DNA from: an uncultured delta proteobacterium
GTDB lineage: Bacteria > Myxococcota_A > Polyangia > Polyangiales > Houyiibacteriaceae
Length of the DNA: 64,000 bases
Assembly: GCA_963699755.1 (NCBI GenBank)
Contig: CAVOVB010000001.1
Coordinates: 608,001-672,000, forward strand
Direction of reading: 5' to 3'
Of the stretch, positions 29,239 to 40,094 are shown one piece after another (positions within the stretch are counted from its first letter, which is position 1; each line of letters opens with the position of its first letter). A program made the translations under genes and the position numbers. The notes beneath the pieces were generated by a model, which was not told where the DNA came from, did no database searches, and saw only the letters and a list, made by a program, of their open reading frames with translations.

Positions 29239-29381
29239 AGGGCGAGCCGAGCGGCGCTCTGGCTTTCGGCGAGCTCGAGGAGCTTGCCGAGCGCGATGGA
29301 ACAACCGGGCCCCGGGCTCGTCGCAGAGGAAGAATCTCTCCCAGGTCGCGACGGGAACAGGATAGGCTCCGCGGAATTGTC

Positions 29382-30302
29382 ATGAAACGACCTTCATTCC
29401 GATTGTCATTGTTCGTGCTTCTCGGCGGAGCGCTCATCGCAACGCCATCTGGAGCTCGCGCCGAAGAAGGCCAAGAAACCAAACCGGCGCCAGCCATGTT
29501 TGATGCGTCGTATCCGGTGCGCTTTGCCCGTAGACCTTTGGTCCTGAATGAGGGAATGGTTCGGGCCGACGGCCGGGTCACCGTGGGAGGCGTGTTCGGG
29601 CCGGGCACGTTTTCCTCGCTAGACATCGGCGGAGCGGTGAGTCCAACGGAGAGTCTCGAGGTGGGCCTGAGCGCCGAGCTCACGGGAGCGATCCCCTCTC
29701 CGGGCGGCAACGCCTTGCTCAGCGTCATCTTCTCGCCAAGCGCAAGCTACGGCGACATCCCCATCTACGCCCGCTATCAATACGCTCAATCGAAGACAGC
29801 CCTTGCCGCGGTCGACCTCGTTTTGGTCTTGCCAAGCAACACTGATTTCTCGCTCACCGCTGGCGCACCGCTTCGTATCTTGGAGCTCTTTGGCCTGTTC
29901 ACGATGGACATGAACATCAACGTTCGTTACAGGAACGGCGACAAATACGCTAGCTTCATCTCGAGCCCATCGAAGAATACCGCTGATTTCACGTTCTCGG
30001 GAGCGAGCATCACCAACATCACGGACAAAGGCTACATCGAGATCGGCGGAGGCGTCGGGCTGGTCAACGTCGGAGGCGGAGACGGCGCCAGGAACGTGGT
30101 GGAGCTCCCGTTTTTCCTAGGCGGCGGATATACCTACAAAGGCAAGATTTTGGCCGATATTTTCGCCCAGTTTGGTTGGCAACCCTTGATGATCGCCAAC
30201 GGACCTCCGAACGTGGACACGTTTAGCGTCGGCGAAACCTGGTACGTCACCGTCGGTGCGACAGTCCACACCAAGGCGCTTTTCGGCAAGAGCAAGCAGT
30301 AG
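29382..30302 (+). CDS. Secreted / outer-membrane beta-rich hypothetical protein
   Basis: Signal peptide ending ARA; YP..FARRPLVL; amphipathic strands. Confidence 0.7.
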   Translation: MKRPSFRLSLFVLLGGALIATPSGARAEEGQETKPAPAMFDASYPVRFARRPLVLNEGMVRADGRVTVGGVFGPGTFSSLDIGGAVSPTESLEVGLSAELTGAIPSPGGNALLSVIFSPSASYGDIPIYARYQYAQSKTALAAVDLVLVLPSNTDFSLTAGAPLRILELFGLFTMDMNINVRYRNGDKYASFISSPSKNTADFTFSGASITNITDKGYIEIGGGVGLVNVGGGDGARNVVELPFFLGGGYTYKGKILADIFAQFGWQPLMIANGPPNVDTFSVGETWYVTVGATVHTKALFGKSKQ

Positions 30303-30303
30303 C

Positions 30304-32322
30304 TCAAACCTCGGTTGCGCCGAGTCGCTCGAGCAAGGCCTTTGTCATGTCGGCGACTTCTTGCCGCCCGAGCTCACGACTTTCACTGCTTTCGTAGCTT
30401 TCCGTATCGGCGTCGGGAAGGCCCTGCAAAAAGCGGCTCGGTGTGATCTTGATGATACGTCCGCGTGCAACGCGATCCCTGTGCCGCGTGAGGTAAAGAA
30501 GGTCGCGCGCCCGGGTGATGCCGACATAGAACAAGCGTCGTTCCTCTTCGAGATCGGTCACCGAAGCATCGGTGATCTTTGGGTCAGTGGTCCGTGCATG
30601 GGGCAACACGCCTTCCACGCAGCCAATCAGAAACACGACGGAGAACTCGAGCCCCTTCGCGGAATGCAATGAAGATAGCGTCACTTGCCCGCCTTGCGCT
30701 TCGGGCTCCTCGGGGTCGGTAGAATCGAGCGCAATGTGGTGCAGGAGCCGCTGCAGGCCTTCGCGGTCGGCATCGCCGCGGGCCTCGAGTCTCGCGATGC
30801 TACGGACTAGGAAGTCGATGTTGGCGCGCATTCGTTTCGCGTCGGGGCTCTGGGCCGCGTCGTCCTGCAGCATGCCGACCCCCCGCAGCAATGAGCTGGC
30901 CGTATCGGCGAGCCGAGCCGCCTGGAATCCCTTGCCTGCCCTTTCGATCGCTTCACTCAAGCGTACTGCCGCGGCTTCGGCGCGGTCGGAAAGCGGCTCG
31001 ATGCTCCCTGCGTTCTGCAAGGCCCGAAAAAGACTCATCCGATGCGCTTCTGCATAGTCGACGATGTGGCGAATAGACTGCGCGCCAAGGCCCCTCGGTG
31101 GAGTGTTCACGATCCGTCGAAGCGAGAGCTCGTCGCGCGGATTCAAGGCAACACGCATGTACGCGATGCCGTCCTTGATCTCCTTGCGATCGAAGAACTT
31201 TGTTCCCCCGAAAACGCGGTACGCGATCCCGGCGATGCGGAGCTCTTCTTCGAGCAGCTTGGCCTGCGTGTTGGAACGGTAGAGCACCGCAATCTCACAC
31301 GGGTCGGTGCCTTCTCTTTGGAGCTTCCCGATCTCGGAGGCGACGAACTTCGCTTCCTCTTGGGGCTCGGGAAGCGCGCAGAGGCGCACGGGCGGCCCAA
31401 CTTCGCGCACGGGCTTCAAGAACTTGGCATAGGGCCGCTTGCTCGCTTGCTCGATCGCCGCGTTGGCGACGTTCAAAATCGAGGCATGTGACCGATAATT
31501 CTCCTCTAGCTTCTTGACGACTGCCCCGGGAAAGTGCTTCTCGAAATCGAGAATGTTGTCGACGCAAGCGCCGCGCCAGCCGTAGATCGACTGGTCGTCA
31601 TCGCCGACCACACAGACGTTCCCGCGCTCGTTCGCTAGGAGGCGAACGAGCGCTAGCTGCGCCAGATTGGTGTCCTGGAACTCGTCGACGAGTATGTGTG
31701 CGAACCGCCCACGCCACTTGCGCCGAACCCCAGGTCGTTCGCGCAGCAGTGAGACCGGCTTGACGACCAAGTCGTCGAAATCGACGGCGTGCATTTGTTC
31801 GAGAGCGGCGTCATAGGCGCCATAGATGCTGGCGGCGGTTTGGTCGTACTCGTCGGCCTTGGCCCGCACCTCCCCGGGCTTGAGCATCGCGTTTTTCCAA
31901 AGCGAGATTCGAGAAAGGATGGCCTGCGCATCGAGCCGTCGGTCCGCTATCGCCTCAGTTCGAAGAAGCTCCCGAACGACGCCGAGACTGTCACCCTGAT
32001 CGAAAATCGTGAAACGCGAGCCCAGGCCCAGCTCCTTCGCCTCCTGGCGGACGAATCGCACCCCGAAGCTATGAAAGGTCGACAGCCAGAGCTCATTCGC
32101 CGTCTGCGACCCGATCATCTCGCCCAGTCGATCGCGCATCTCGTTGGCGGCTTTGTTGGTGAAAGTCACCGCCAAGATCGCTTCCGCGGGGACTCCGCTC
32201 GCTAGCAATCGGGCGATACGAGCGGTGATGACGCGGGTCTTTCCGGAGCCGGCGCCGGCCAGAACCAGTAAGGGCCCTTCGTCGTGCTCCACCGCCGCGC
32301 GCTGCTGTGCATTGAGTCGCAA
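30304..32322 (-). CDS. UvrD/Rep/PcrA family ATP-dependent DNA helicase
   Basis: AGAGSGKT, TFTNKAA, VDEFQD, VGDDDQSIYGWRG, HSAKGLEF, EERRLFYVGITRA. Confidence 0.95.
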   Translation of the reverse strand: MRLNAQQRAAVEHDEGPLLVLAGAGSGKTRVITARIARLLASGVPAEAILAVTFTNKAANEMRDRLGEMIGSQTANELWLSTFHSFGVRFVRQEAKELGLGSRFTIFDQGDSLGVVRELLRTEAIADRRLDAQAILSRISLWKNAMLKPGEVRAKADEYDQTAASIYGAYDAALEQMHAVDFDDLVVKPVSLLRERPGVRRKWRGRFAHILVDEFQDTNLAQLALVRLLANERGNVCVVGDDDQSIYGWRGACVDNILDFEKHFPGAVVKKLEENYRSHASILNVANAAIEQASKRPYAKFLKPVREVGPPVRLCALPEPQEEAKFVASEIGKLQREGTDPCEIAVLYRSNTQAKLLEEELRIAGIAYRVFGGTKFFDRKEIKDGIAYMRVALNPRDELSLRRIVNTPPRGLGAQSIRHIVDYAEAHRMSLFRALQNAGSIEPLSDRAEAAAVRLSEAIERAGKGFQAARLADTASSLLRGVGMLQDDAAQSPDAKRMRANIDFLVRSIARLEARGDADREGLQRLLHHIALDSTDPEEPEAQGGQVTLSSLHSAKGLEFSVVFLIGCVEGVLPHARTTDPKITDASVTDLEEERRLFYVGITRARDLLYLTRHRDRVARGRIIKITPSRFLQGLPDADTESYESSESRELGRQEVADMTKALLERLGATEV

Positions 32323-32475
32323 GGTTGCCCGAGGTAGCCCGGCAGGCGCTCTAGTTCAAGGCAATAGGGCCAATCGTTCTCGCTTGCCATGGTCACGTCA
32401 AACAATGGTAGAAATCGTGCGATGCGAGTGCGACGGCGACCGTTTGTCTACCCGGCCGGAGCTCCGAAGTAGATC

Positions 32476-32940
32476 ATGGGTGAGGAAATCGAACGCAAGT
32501 TCCTCGTTGCCGGAGACGGTTGGCGCGACGGGGCGGAAGCAACGAGGTATCGGCAGGGCTTTCTCGCGACTGAGCCCGAGCGGACGGTCCGTGTTCGGCT
32601 GGCCGGCCCGCGCGGCTCGATCACCATCAAGGGCAAGACCGTCAGCGCACGTAGAGAAGAGTTCGAGTACGAGATCCCAGCGTCCGACGCCCAGCGGATG
32701 CTCGACACCTTGTGCAAGAAGCCGCTGATCGAGAAGGTTCGCCATACCCTCCCCGTCGGACGACACGTATGGGAAATCGACGTCTTCGAGGGCGAGAACG
32801 CCGGCCTAGTCGTCGCCGAAATCGAGCTTGAGAGCGAAGATGAAGCGTTCGACAAACCGGATTGGCTGGCCGAGGAAGTCACCGACGACCCCCGCTACTT
32901 CAACTCCAACTTGGTCGCCAGGCCGTACCGAGCTTGGTAG
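32476..32940 (+). CDS. CYTH domain protein
   Basis: EIERKFL, VRVR, EFEYEI, WEIDVFEG, AEIEL. Confidence 0.93.
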   Translation: MGEEIERKFLVAGDGWRDGAEATRYRQGFLATEPERTVRVRLAGPRGSITIKGKTVSARREEFEYEIPASDAQRMLDTLCKKPLIEKVRHTLPVGRHVWEIDVFEGENAGLVVAEIELESEDEAFDKPDWLAEEVTDDPRYFNSNLVARPYRAW

Positions 32941-33045
32941 GTCGCTCCGGCTTCAGAAATCGGGCTCGGGAGCAGGCCCGAATCGCCTTTCGCTGGACAG
33001 GGGGTTAGGGACACCAGGTATCCTGGATGCTAAAATGCGTTTTTC

Positions 33046-33540
33046 GTGACTTCCGATCCCCCAGCCGACCTGCCCGACTGGTCGCGCGAGACGCCGCGCA
33101 GCCTCTGGGATCCGAGCCGCAGACTTCTCCAGACGATCCGGAAGTATCAGGCCTGGGACAAGCGACGAGGTCTAGTCGCGCGCCTGATGATGAAGGTCTG
33201 GGGGCTTCAACACCGATTCTGGTCGGTCGTCACCGCATCCGAGATTCCCCTGGGTTGCAAGATCGCAGGGGGCCTTTTGCTCCCGCACCCAAACGGGATC
33301 GTGATCCACCCGGACAGCCAAATCGGCCCGAACTGCTTGATCTTTCAACAGGTCACCTTGGGCACCCGGGGAGAGACAGGCGCTCCGGTGATCGGGGGTC
33401 GCGTCGACGTTGGTGCCGGCGCACGCCTACTTGGAGACATCGTGATTGGCGACTACAGCAAGGTCGGCGCCAACGCGGTCGTCATTTCATCGTTCCCGGC
33501 GGGCTCGGTGCTCAGCGGCATTCCCGCCCGGCAAATCTGA
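33046..33540 (+). CDS. Serine acetyltransferase-like hexapeptide protein
   Basis: LPHPNGIVIH, IFQQVTLG, VGAGA, VGANAVV, GIPAR. Confidence 0.85.
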   Translation: MTSDPPADLPDWSRETPRSLWDPSRRLLQTIRKYQAWDKRRGLVARLMMKVWGLQHRFWSVVTASEIPLGCKIAGGLLLPHPNGIVIHPDSQIGPNCLIFQQVTLGTRGETGAPVIGGRVDVGAGARLLGDIVIGDYSKVGANAVVISSFPAGSVLSGIPARQI

Positions 33541-33557
33541 TGCGCTAGGCTTCGACC

Positions 33558-34013
33558 ATGCTGCTCCCACCATGCGGTCTCTATCGAACGACCCGACCGA
33601 TCGGAACGGTCGACGCCGGTCGGCTGGTCTATTTCCACAACCACGGAAACCCAGGTCCGGGCCTCTATCTTCCCAAGGAATGGCGCTTCAACCGGGCACA
33701 GTTCGAGGAGAACGGCCAGGTGTTGGGCGACGCAGGTCTGGCCCGGTTTCTACAACCACTTCCCGCCGAAGGTTTCTATCGAGTGGCCGAGTCGTTTTAT
33801 TGCTGTGAAAAGCGGTGCCGGCTCTTCGAGCAGGACGCCTTGCTGCAGCTTGGATACAATGCGGACGCCGAACCCATTCTCTTCGTTCCGGAGCTGGTCG
33901 ATTCGATGTTTGCCATCCCCGCAAAGGGTTGGAAAACGACACCCGAACTGTTCAGCAAGATGCAAGCCCTGCGAGTGCCCGTGACCAAACGGGACACGCT
34001 ACCGCCGCAATAG
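33558..34013 (+). CDS. Hypothetical protein
   Basis: 151 aa ORF; LVYFHNHGNPGPG, CCEKRC, LQLGYN. Confidence 0.75.
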   Translation: MLLPPCGLYRTTRPIGTVDAGRLVYFHNHGNPGPGLYLPKEWRFNRAQFEENGQVLGDAGLARFLQPLPAEGFYRVAESFYCCEKRCRLFEQDALLQLGYNADAEPILFVPELVDSMFAIPAKGWKTTPELFSKMQALRVPVTKRDTLPPQ

Positions 34014-34071
34014 CATCTGAAATTGAGCTAGGGGCTGTCGCGAGGTAGCCTTCCTGCGCTAGAGTCCGGGC

Positions 34072-35259
34072 ATGAGCACTATTGGGATTCTAACGGGTGG
34101 CGGCGATGTACCGGGTCTCAACCCGGCCATTCGCGCTGTCACGATTCGCGCACTGAGAGAGGGCCACCGCGTCATCGGCATCCGTCGAGGTTGGGCCGGC
34201 CTAGTGGACATCGTTCCCGACAAAGACGCGGACAACCGCTTGTGCGTTCAGGTTCTGACCGAGGACATCGTCGACAGGGCAGGACGGACCGGCGGCACAT
34301 TCCTGCACAGCTCCAGAACTCGCCCGAGCACCTTGCCCAAAGATCTCGTGCCGCCACATCTTCAAGACAAGTATCAAGACGACGTCAACGACATCACCGA
34401 TGAAGTGCTGAAGAACCTCGACTTCCTCGGCATCGATTGCCTGATTCCGATCGGCGGTGACGATACGCTCAGCTACGGTGCCCACCTGCATCAACGCGGC
34501 GTGCCCGTCGTTGCGATCCCTAAAACCATGGACAACGACGTCCCCGGCACCGACTACTGCATCGGGTTCAGCACCTGCGTCACGCGAACCATCGAGCTGA
34601 CGCACAAGTTGCGCACCTCCGCCGGGTCGCACGAGCGCTTCCTCGTCATCGAGGTCTTCGGTCGATACGCGGGGTATACGGCTCTGTTGCCGAGCATGGC
34701 CGGCGCTGCCAGTCGATGCGTGATACCGGAGTATCCTTTCGACATGGAGCGGCTCACCGAGCTGATGGTCTACGACCGCAACCGAAACCCCAGCAACTAC
34801 TCGGTCGTTCTCGTCTCGGAAGGGGCGACGATCGCCGGCGATTCCGACATGTCGTTCGAGGGCGAAGAAGTGGATATGTTCGGCCACCGAAAGCTCGGCG
34901 GCATCGGCGACCGCGTTGCAAACGGGCTCAAGCAGCTCTCCCCAAAGTACAACGATGGCCGGCGCGTGAACGTAGTGAGCCAGCGGCTAGGATACCTGGT
35001 TCGCTCCGGCAACCCCGATGCGCTCGACTCGATTGCACCGATGGCATTCGGAAACCTCGCCTTGGATTTGGTCACCTCCGGCACTTCAGGTCGGCTGGTC
35101 TCCGTCCACGATGGCCGCTACGGCAGCGTCCCTTTGGAAACCATCGTCGGTGCCAAGAAGGTCGTCGACGTCGAAAAGTACTACGACCCCGGGCGCATGC
35201 GTCCGAAATACAAGTCCTTCGCTGGACTCCCGCTGTTCATCATGACCAGCGACATCTAG
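34072..35259 (+). CDS. 6-phosphofructokinase, probably PPi-dependent
   Basis: TGGGDVPGLN, GGDDTL, PKTMDND, EVFGR, LGYLVRSG. Confidence 0.92.
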   Translation: MSTIGILTGGGDVPGLNPAIRAVTIRALREGHRVIGIRRGWAGLVDIVPDKDADNRLCVQVLTEDIVDRAGRTGGTFLHSSRTRPSTLPKDLVPPHLQDKYQDDVNDITDEVLKNLDFLGIDCLIPIGGDDTLSYGAHLHQRGVPVVAIPKTMDNDVPGTDYCIGFSTCVTRTIELTHKLRTSAGSHERFLVIEVFGRYAGYTALLPSMAGAASRCVIPEYPFDMERLTELMVYDRNRNPSNYSVVLVSEGATIAGDSDMSFEGEEVDMFGHRKLGGIGDRVANGLKQLSPKYNDGRRVNVVSQRLGYLVRSGNPDALDSIAPMAFGNLALDLVTSGTSGRLVSVHDGRYGSVPLETIVGAKKVVDVEKYYDPGRMRPKYKSFAGLPLFIMTSDI

Positions 35260-35261
35260 AC

Positions 35262-36833
35262 TCATCGGCGGGTCGCGGTCCCATATCCTGGGATGCGAAT
35301 CATCGCGGGCGGCGTTTCCAGCTCCGGCACGTAGACGATGCCACCTGGAAGGTGCGAGACTCTGACCAAGGTCGCGTCGAGCTCCTCGCTCTGACCCGAG
35401 GCGTCGACCCAGTCGACGGTGAGGCTCTCGCCGAGAGGTGGGTCCTCGACCCAGAGCGTGTTGCCAATGGCGAGCTTGCCGTCGATCTCGATGATGACAG
35501 GCCGGAGGGCGAGCGGGGTCTCAGCTCGCTTGAGCGAGGCCGCGGACGGGGCCGTCACCGCGATGAGTCGCTCATAGAGCAAGGCATAGTTGTAGTCACT
35601 GATCCAGACGGGGCCGCAGTAGCCCATCACGTCACGATGTTGAGTATCGACGAGCTGCTGCGCCGCGATGTCGAAACCGAGCACACCAATCCCGCCGTCA
35701 ACATATGGGAAGTCGGGATCTGCGCCTGATGCTCCGCCGCAGGGTGCATGATAAAGTCCTAGGGTGTGCCCGATCTCGTGCACAAAGGTGCCCACTCCAT
35801 CCTCGTAGAGTAGGCCGATGGCAGCGCGGCTGAACGCGTCACCCGCGCCCGGTACAGGACCAAGGCCGGCAACGCAGCCCTGCGAACAGAAGTCGGCCGC
35901 ATCATCGCTCGGGCGAACCGCGCAATAATAATAGGTGTTCGCGCTCGCACCATCGTTGGCACGAAGCGAGAGGCACTCACTGAGAAGATCAGACCAGCCC
36001 TCGCCATCCGCCCCAATCTGGCGATCGAAGTCGAGAGGAGTCTGACGAATCGAGACCTCCAAATCGACGAGCGGAAACATGCCATACATTCGCTCCGTGA
36101 AGCGCGCGACGGTTGCTGCATCGATGTTCGGCGTACGGTTGGAGCCATCCGTTTGATAGACAACGGGCACCAATACGATTCGAAACGGCCCCGGGGGCGC
36201 CTCGGCGCCGAGTGACTGAGTATTCGAAGCGGGATACCGCGACCCGCTGACGGCGCCCGCGTAGCTCTCACAGGGCTCGAGCTCCAGAAGCTCGAGCGAA
36301 AAGGTAGCGTTCTCAGCCAGCTCGCCCCGTGCAATTGGGAAGTTGATCGTGCTAGCGAGATCCCCTGCACTGGACGCGTCGGTAACGCGCTTCTGAACGG
36401 CCTTCGTCGTTCCGCCGAGCGTGAGCCTTGCGACGATCTCGCGCGCCTCCCACCCGGCTTGCGGCTCGACGAAGACACGGAGCACGCCGTCCCGAGAGGC
36501 GACGACGGGCGTCTGTTGGTTGCTCGCGAGCACGCCTTGGTCCGCGACGAGAACCGACACGCCTTGGTTGATAGAGACGTCGCTGATCCGCAGTGACCGC
36601 GCAGGCAGTGGAGCCGCCGTCGCAGGATCGCAGACGGGGGGCGGTGGCACGCTTCCGTCCGGCGTCAAATCTGCGACGGGGTCATCCTCGAGACCAGCAT
36701 CCAGGCCGCTGCGTGGCGGTGCCGGGTCGGCGAGCTCAGACGAGTCTACCTCGCCACCTTCTCCAATCACACCGGTGCATCCCGAGAGCAGCAGAGCGCA
36801 GAACGCTAGCTTCGAACTGATCTCGAGCTGCAT
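35262..36833 (-). CDS. Lipoprotein zinc metallopeptidase (metzincin/M66-like)
   Basis: LSGC lipobox; HEIGHTLGLYH; Met-turn DVMGYC. Confidence 0.85.
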   Translation of the reverse strand: MQLEISSKLAFCALLLSGCTGVIGEGGEVDSSELADPAPPRSGLDAGLEDDPVADLTPDGSVPPPPVCDPATAAPLPARSLRISDVSINQGVSVLVADQGVLASNQQTPVVASRDGVLRVFVEPQAGWEAREIVARLTLGGTTKAVQKRVTDASSAGDLASTINFPIARGELAENATFSLELLELEPCESYAGAVSGSRYPASNTQSLGAEAPPGPFRIVLVPVVYQTDGSNRTPNIDAATVARFTERMYGMFPLVDLEVSIRQTPLDFDRQIGADGEGWSDLLSECLSLRANDGASANTYYYCAVRPSDDAADFCSQGCVAGLGPVPGAGDAFSRAAIGLLYEDGVGTFVHEIGHTLGLYHAPCGGASGADPDFPYVDGGIGVLGFDIAAQQLVDTQHRDVMGYCGPVWISDYNYALLYERLIAVTAPSAASLKRAETPLALRPVIIEIDGKLAIGNTLWVEDPPLGESLTVDWVDASGQSEELDATLVRVSHLPGGIVYVPELETPPAMIRIPGYGTATRR

Positions 36834-36932
36834 CTATCCAAGCTAGAGCGCAGGGGCCCTCGTGGCTGTAATTGTTTGTGACGCGTCGAAAAGACGGTCC
36901 ATTTTTCAGGTGTTTTGGGCTAGATCTGGGGA

Positions 36933-38635
36933 TCAGAGGGCGTCGCAGACTTCCCTCGGGACGCAGCTCCGAGTGCCCAGGCCGATGTCGCAGCATGCCA
37001 AGTCTACGCCGGGGATGGTCAGACAGTCGCCGTCGTCTACGCACGTGCCATCGATCGGACCAATATCGCCGCTGCAGATCGAACCCGTGTCCTCGCTCGC
37101 GCCGGTACAGGCCTCGAGCACCTGCTGCTCCGCAGCGGTGAGCGTGATGGTCTCGTCGTTTGGACATACGATGGTGATGTCGGAGGTTTCGGAGTCCGTC
37201 ACGAACTGGAAGGTCTCGTCGTTCTGGTTGGTGAAGTTCAGGATGACGTCGGTGTCTGCGGAGGCCAGGTCGAGCATGCTCGTGCCACAAACCACCCCGT
37301 CTGCATTGATGAACTGGCTGTTGCCGCCCAAGCTCGTCTCGATCCGCGCGCCATTTTCGTATGTGATGCCGCTGAGACTGAACATGCAGCTGCCCTGTGG
37401 GTTCCAGCACAAGAAGATGTCGCCAAAGCCCTCGGCACAGGTCCCGCTAAAGGTCGAGGCCGTCTGCACGTTGTCACAGGTCACCACGATCCCATCGGGT
37501 AAGACGACCACGCCGCGACGAATCGTGAACGTTCCCACGTCCGTGCAGCGGGTATCGCCGGGCGTTGGGGGTACGTCCGTGTCCTCACTGCCCGACGTCA
37601 CTTCTCGAATCTCGCCGCCTTCGTTATCATGTGAAACCGAGACGGAAACTTGGGAGCTTTTGCGGACCGCCAGATAGAACCGGCCACCCTCGACCGTCGA
37701 AGCGCTCGAGCTGCCAAAATAGTCGAGGCCTTTTGCGTCGACCTCAGCCCCTTCGATGGGATCGCCGTTCTCGTCGACCGCCACGCCGGTGATGCACGTC
37801 GCTTCCGCCGTCTTGTCCGCGTTCCACGCCGACATGTGGCTGATTTCACCAACATACGTGTTGCTCACTGGGTCGAGTGTCGCAGTGCCCTCCTCGACCC
37901 ATTGACCCGTCCCTTCGTCGAGGCTCCACAGCGGAATCGTCGCGGGAAGCTCGCCCGGCTCAATGCCGGCCGGCGCCGGAATGCGAATCTCAAGAGTCTC
38001 CCCAGGGGCCACCTGCAACTCGTCTTCGCCTTGCATGATCGTGACATCGACCATGCCGAAAGACTCGAGCAGTGAGACATCGCCCGTTGAACGCCCCTCG
38101 AAGCTGCCCGTCAACGCTTGCACCTCGTCACTCACGGACGGATCGACCGGCGTAAGGTGCACGTCGACCATCCCCGTCACGGAGGCACCACCGGGACTAC
38201 TCAGGGCACCCGGATCGATCATGACGGTCGCATTGCGCGAACCCGATACCATCCCGCCCGTATCCGCGTTCACAGGCGTCGCCGCCGCTCGTTCTCGAAG
38301 GGTGACGTGCGATGCAGTGGGAGAACCGTCGGCGATCGTAACCTTGCGAACCGTCGGCAGGTACCCGTCTGCCGCGAAGCTGGCTACCGCCGGACCGCTG
38401 CTCGTCTGGATCGCGAACTCACCTTTGCTGTCGGTCGTTGCGGAGACTCCGTTCACTTCGACAGTCACCCCGGCGATCGGACCGGAGGCCCCTTCGATAG
38501 TGCCGAAGAGCCCTGTCTTCAGCGTATTTGTGCTGCTGTCGCCACCCCCATCGCTGTCCTCACCGCAACTTGCGACGGACGCGACCAAGACCAAGGCCAA
38601 GAGGAATAACGATCTGCAAGTCGAGTAGCCTTCAT
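36933..38635 (-). CDS. Lipoprotein with carboxypeptidase-regulatory-like beta domains and Cys-rich tail; start uncertain (possible 5' frameshift)
   Basis: VASC lipobox; LESFGM, IPLWSLDE..GQWVEEG, HMSAWNAD; nearest ATG (38635) is out of frame. Confidence 0.7.
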
Positions 38636-38916
38636 GCCCGTGTTTCTCATACGCTTCCGAAACACGCAAGATTTGGCCGATCGACGACTGTGTTCGAGCG
38701 AGTGCACGACGTTCCCAGGAGCCGGAAGCAAGCAAGGAAGAAACCACCTGTTGTCAGGATGTCGAACGCACGGTCGATCCAGGTGCTCGCCAGCCGCTTC
38801 GCGCAGGACGCGGCGGCGAGAGCTCGGCCGAAAGAAAGCCGATCCGGCCCTTAATCCGTTTCTCCGCTGCCGGCGTAGGCCGAACAGAACCGGCAGTCAG
38901 CCCAGCGGAGAAAAAG

Positions 38917-39468
38917 ATGGACCTCAAGCTCAACACGACCGTTCGCCAAGCCGCTCTCACCGTTTTCGCCGCGTTGATCGTGCTCACGTCCGGCTGCGGA
39001 GACGGCTTCCTCCTCGATGGAACCGGCATTCTCAACGCGGCTCTTTCCAAGCAGCTGAGGGAACGTATGGGCAGTGCCGAGGTCGACGTGCTCGAATACA
39101 CGGTCTGCAAAGTCGAAGGCACCAGGGACTCCACAGCCGGCTGTGAGGGAGTCTCGGGCACCGGAATCGAAGTCTTCGTCGACGGCAAGAGCGTCATCTT
39201 CGACTTCTCCAACGTCGCGAAGAGCGGCAAGATCTCCGAGACGGGCTTCGAAGGCTATGTTCTGTCCATGACCGAGCATTCCCGCGTTCCGCCCATCCTC
39301 GAAGCGGTAGTCGATGCTGCCAAGTCCCGGATCAGCTCCCCAAATATCGACGTTCGATTTGACGATGAGAACGTCGCAGTGAACTTCCAGGGCCTCGACT
39401 ACGATGACAGCACCTTCATCAAGGTCGACCTGGTCTTCGATGACGCTACTTGCACATCCTCTCCCTGA
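38917..39468 (+). CDS. Hypothetical lipoprotein
   Basis: RBS ggag; TSGC lipobox; followed by a hairpin. Confidence 0.75.
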   Translation: MDLKLNTTVRQAALTVFAALIVLTSGCGDGFLLDGTGILNAALSKQLRERMGSAEVDVLEYTVCKVEGTRDSTAGCEGVSGTGIEVFVDGKSVIFDFSNVAKSGKISETGFEGYVLSMTEHSRVPPILEAVVDAAKSRISSPNIDVRFDDENVAVNFQGLDYDDSTFIKVDLVFDDATCTSSP

Positions 39469-39475
39469 TGAATCA

Positions 39476-39505
39476 GAAAGCCCGTCTCTCTCGAGACGGG
39501 CTTTC
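39476..39505. terminator. 13-bp hairpin between convergent genes
   Basis: gaaagcccgtctc-tctc-gagacgggctttc. Confidence 0.75.
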
Positions 39506-39555
39506 ATCATTCGGGCGATGGCTGACCCTGCCAGAGAGCAGCCCCTGCAGTTGCA

Positions 39556-39819
39556 TTAGCCGGAATTGCGACGGCGCCGATGCCGCAGACGGATCGGCCC
39601 CCAGTCGTCGGGGTCGTCATCGATTTCCTCGTCGTCGGTCCAGGACCCGTCGACCCGCGGCTCGTCCTCCGAGTCCAGGAGGAGCGGCTCCCAGTCGTTC
39701 AGGCTGTCTTCCGAAGGTTGGCAATTGGGGTCTGCCCAGGGATCTTCCTCGAACCAGTCCATTTCGCTGCGACGTCGGTGAAGCCGACCGCGCCTCGTTC
39801 CCTCGCTTCGCATAGGCAT
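39556..39819 (-). CDS. Small acidic Trp/Asp-rich protein with Arg-rich ends
   Basis: GGGAGG RBS 6 nt before the ATG; upstream sigma54 motif; MPMRSEG...DWFEEDPW...RHRRRRNSG. Confidence 0.6.
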   Translation of the reverse strand: MPMRSEGTRRGRLHRRRSEMDWFEEDPWADPNCQPSEDSLNDWEPLLLDSEDEPRVDGSWTDDEEIDDDPDDWGPIRLRHRRRRNSG

Positions 39820-39865
39820 CTGAAACCTCCCTTTCTCCAAGGCTAGTACCGGGTGAAAATCCGGG

Positions 39866-39881
39866 AGCACGTTTCGTGCCA
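39866..39881 (-). promoter_or_regulatory. Putative sigma54 promoter
   Basis: TGGCACGAAACGTGCT (GG-N10-GC). Confidence 0.7.
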
Positions 39882-40065
39882 CCGACTACCGGCACGTCTC
39901 ATGCCCGTCTTCGGCTCGTCTTTCCGCGAACGCGCTGCTTGCGACTGGTGCCCATAGTGCAGAAGCTGCACTGGCAAGCTTCCGGGTTCGATGCAGCTTC
40001 TGCGCTCTGGTTTCGGGGGCTCCGGGTTCCCCTTTCCGCCGCCAGAACACGGGGGATCGAGGGAC

Positions 40066-40081
40066 GGGCACAGTGCTTGCT
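40066..40081 (+). promoter_or_regulatory. Putative sigma54 promoter
   Basis: GGGCACAGTGCTTGCT (GG-N10-GC). Confidence 0.6.
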
Positions 40082-40094
40082 TCCGATCGAAGCC

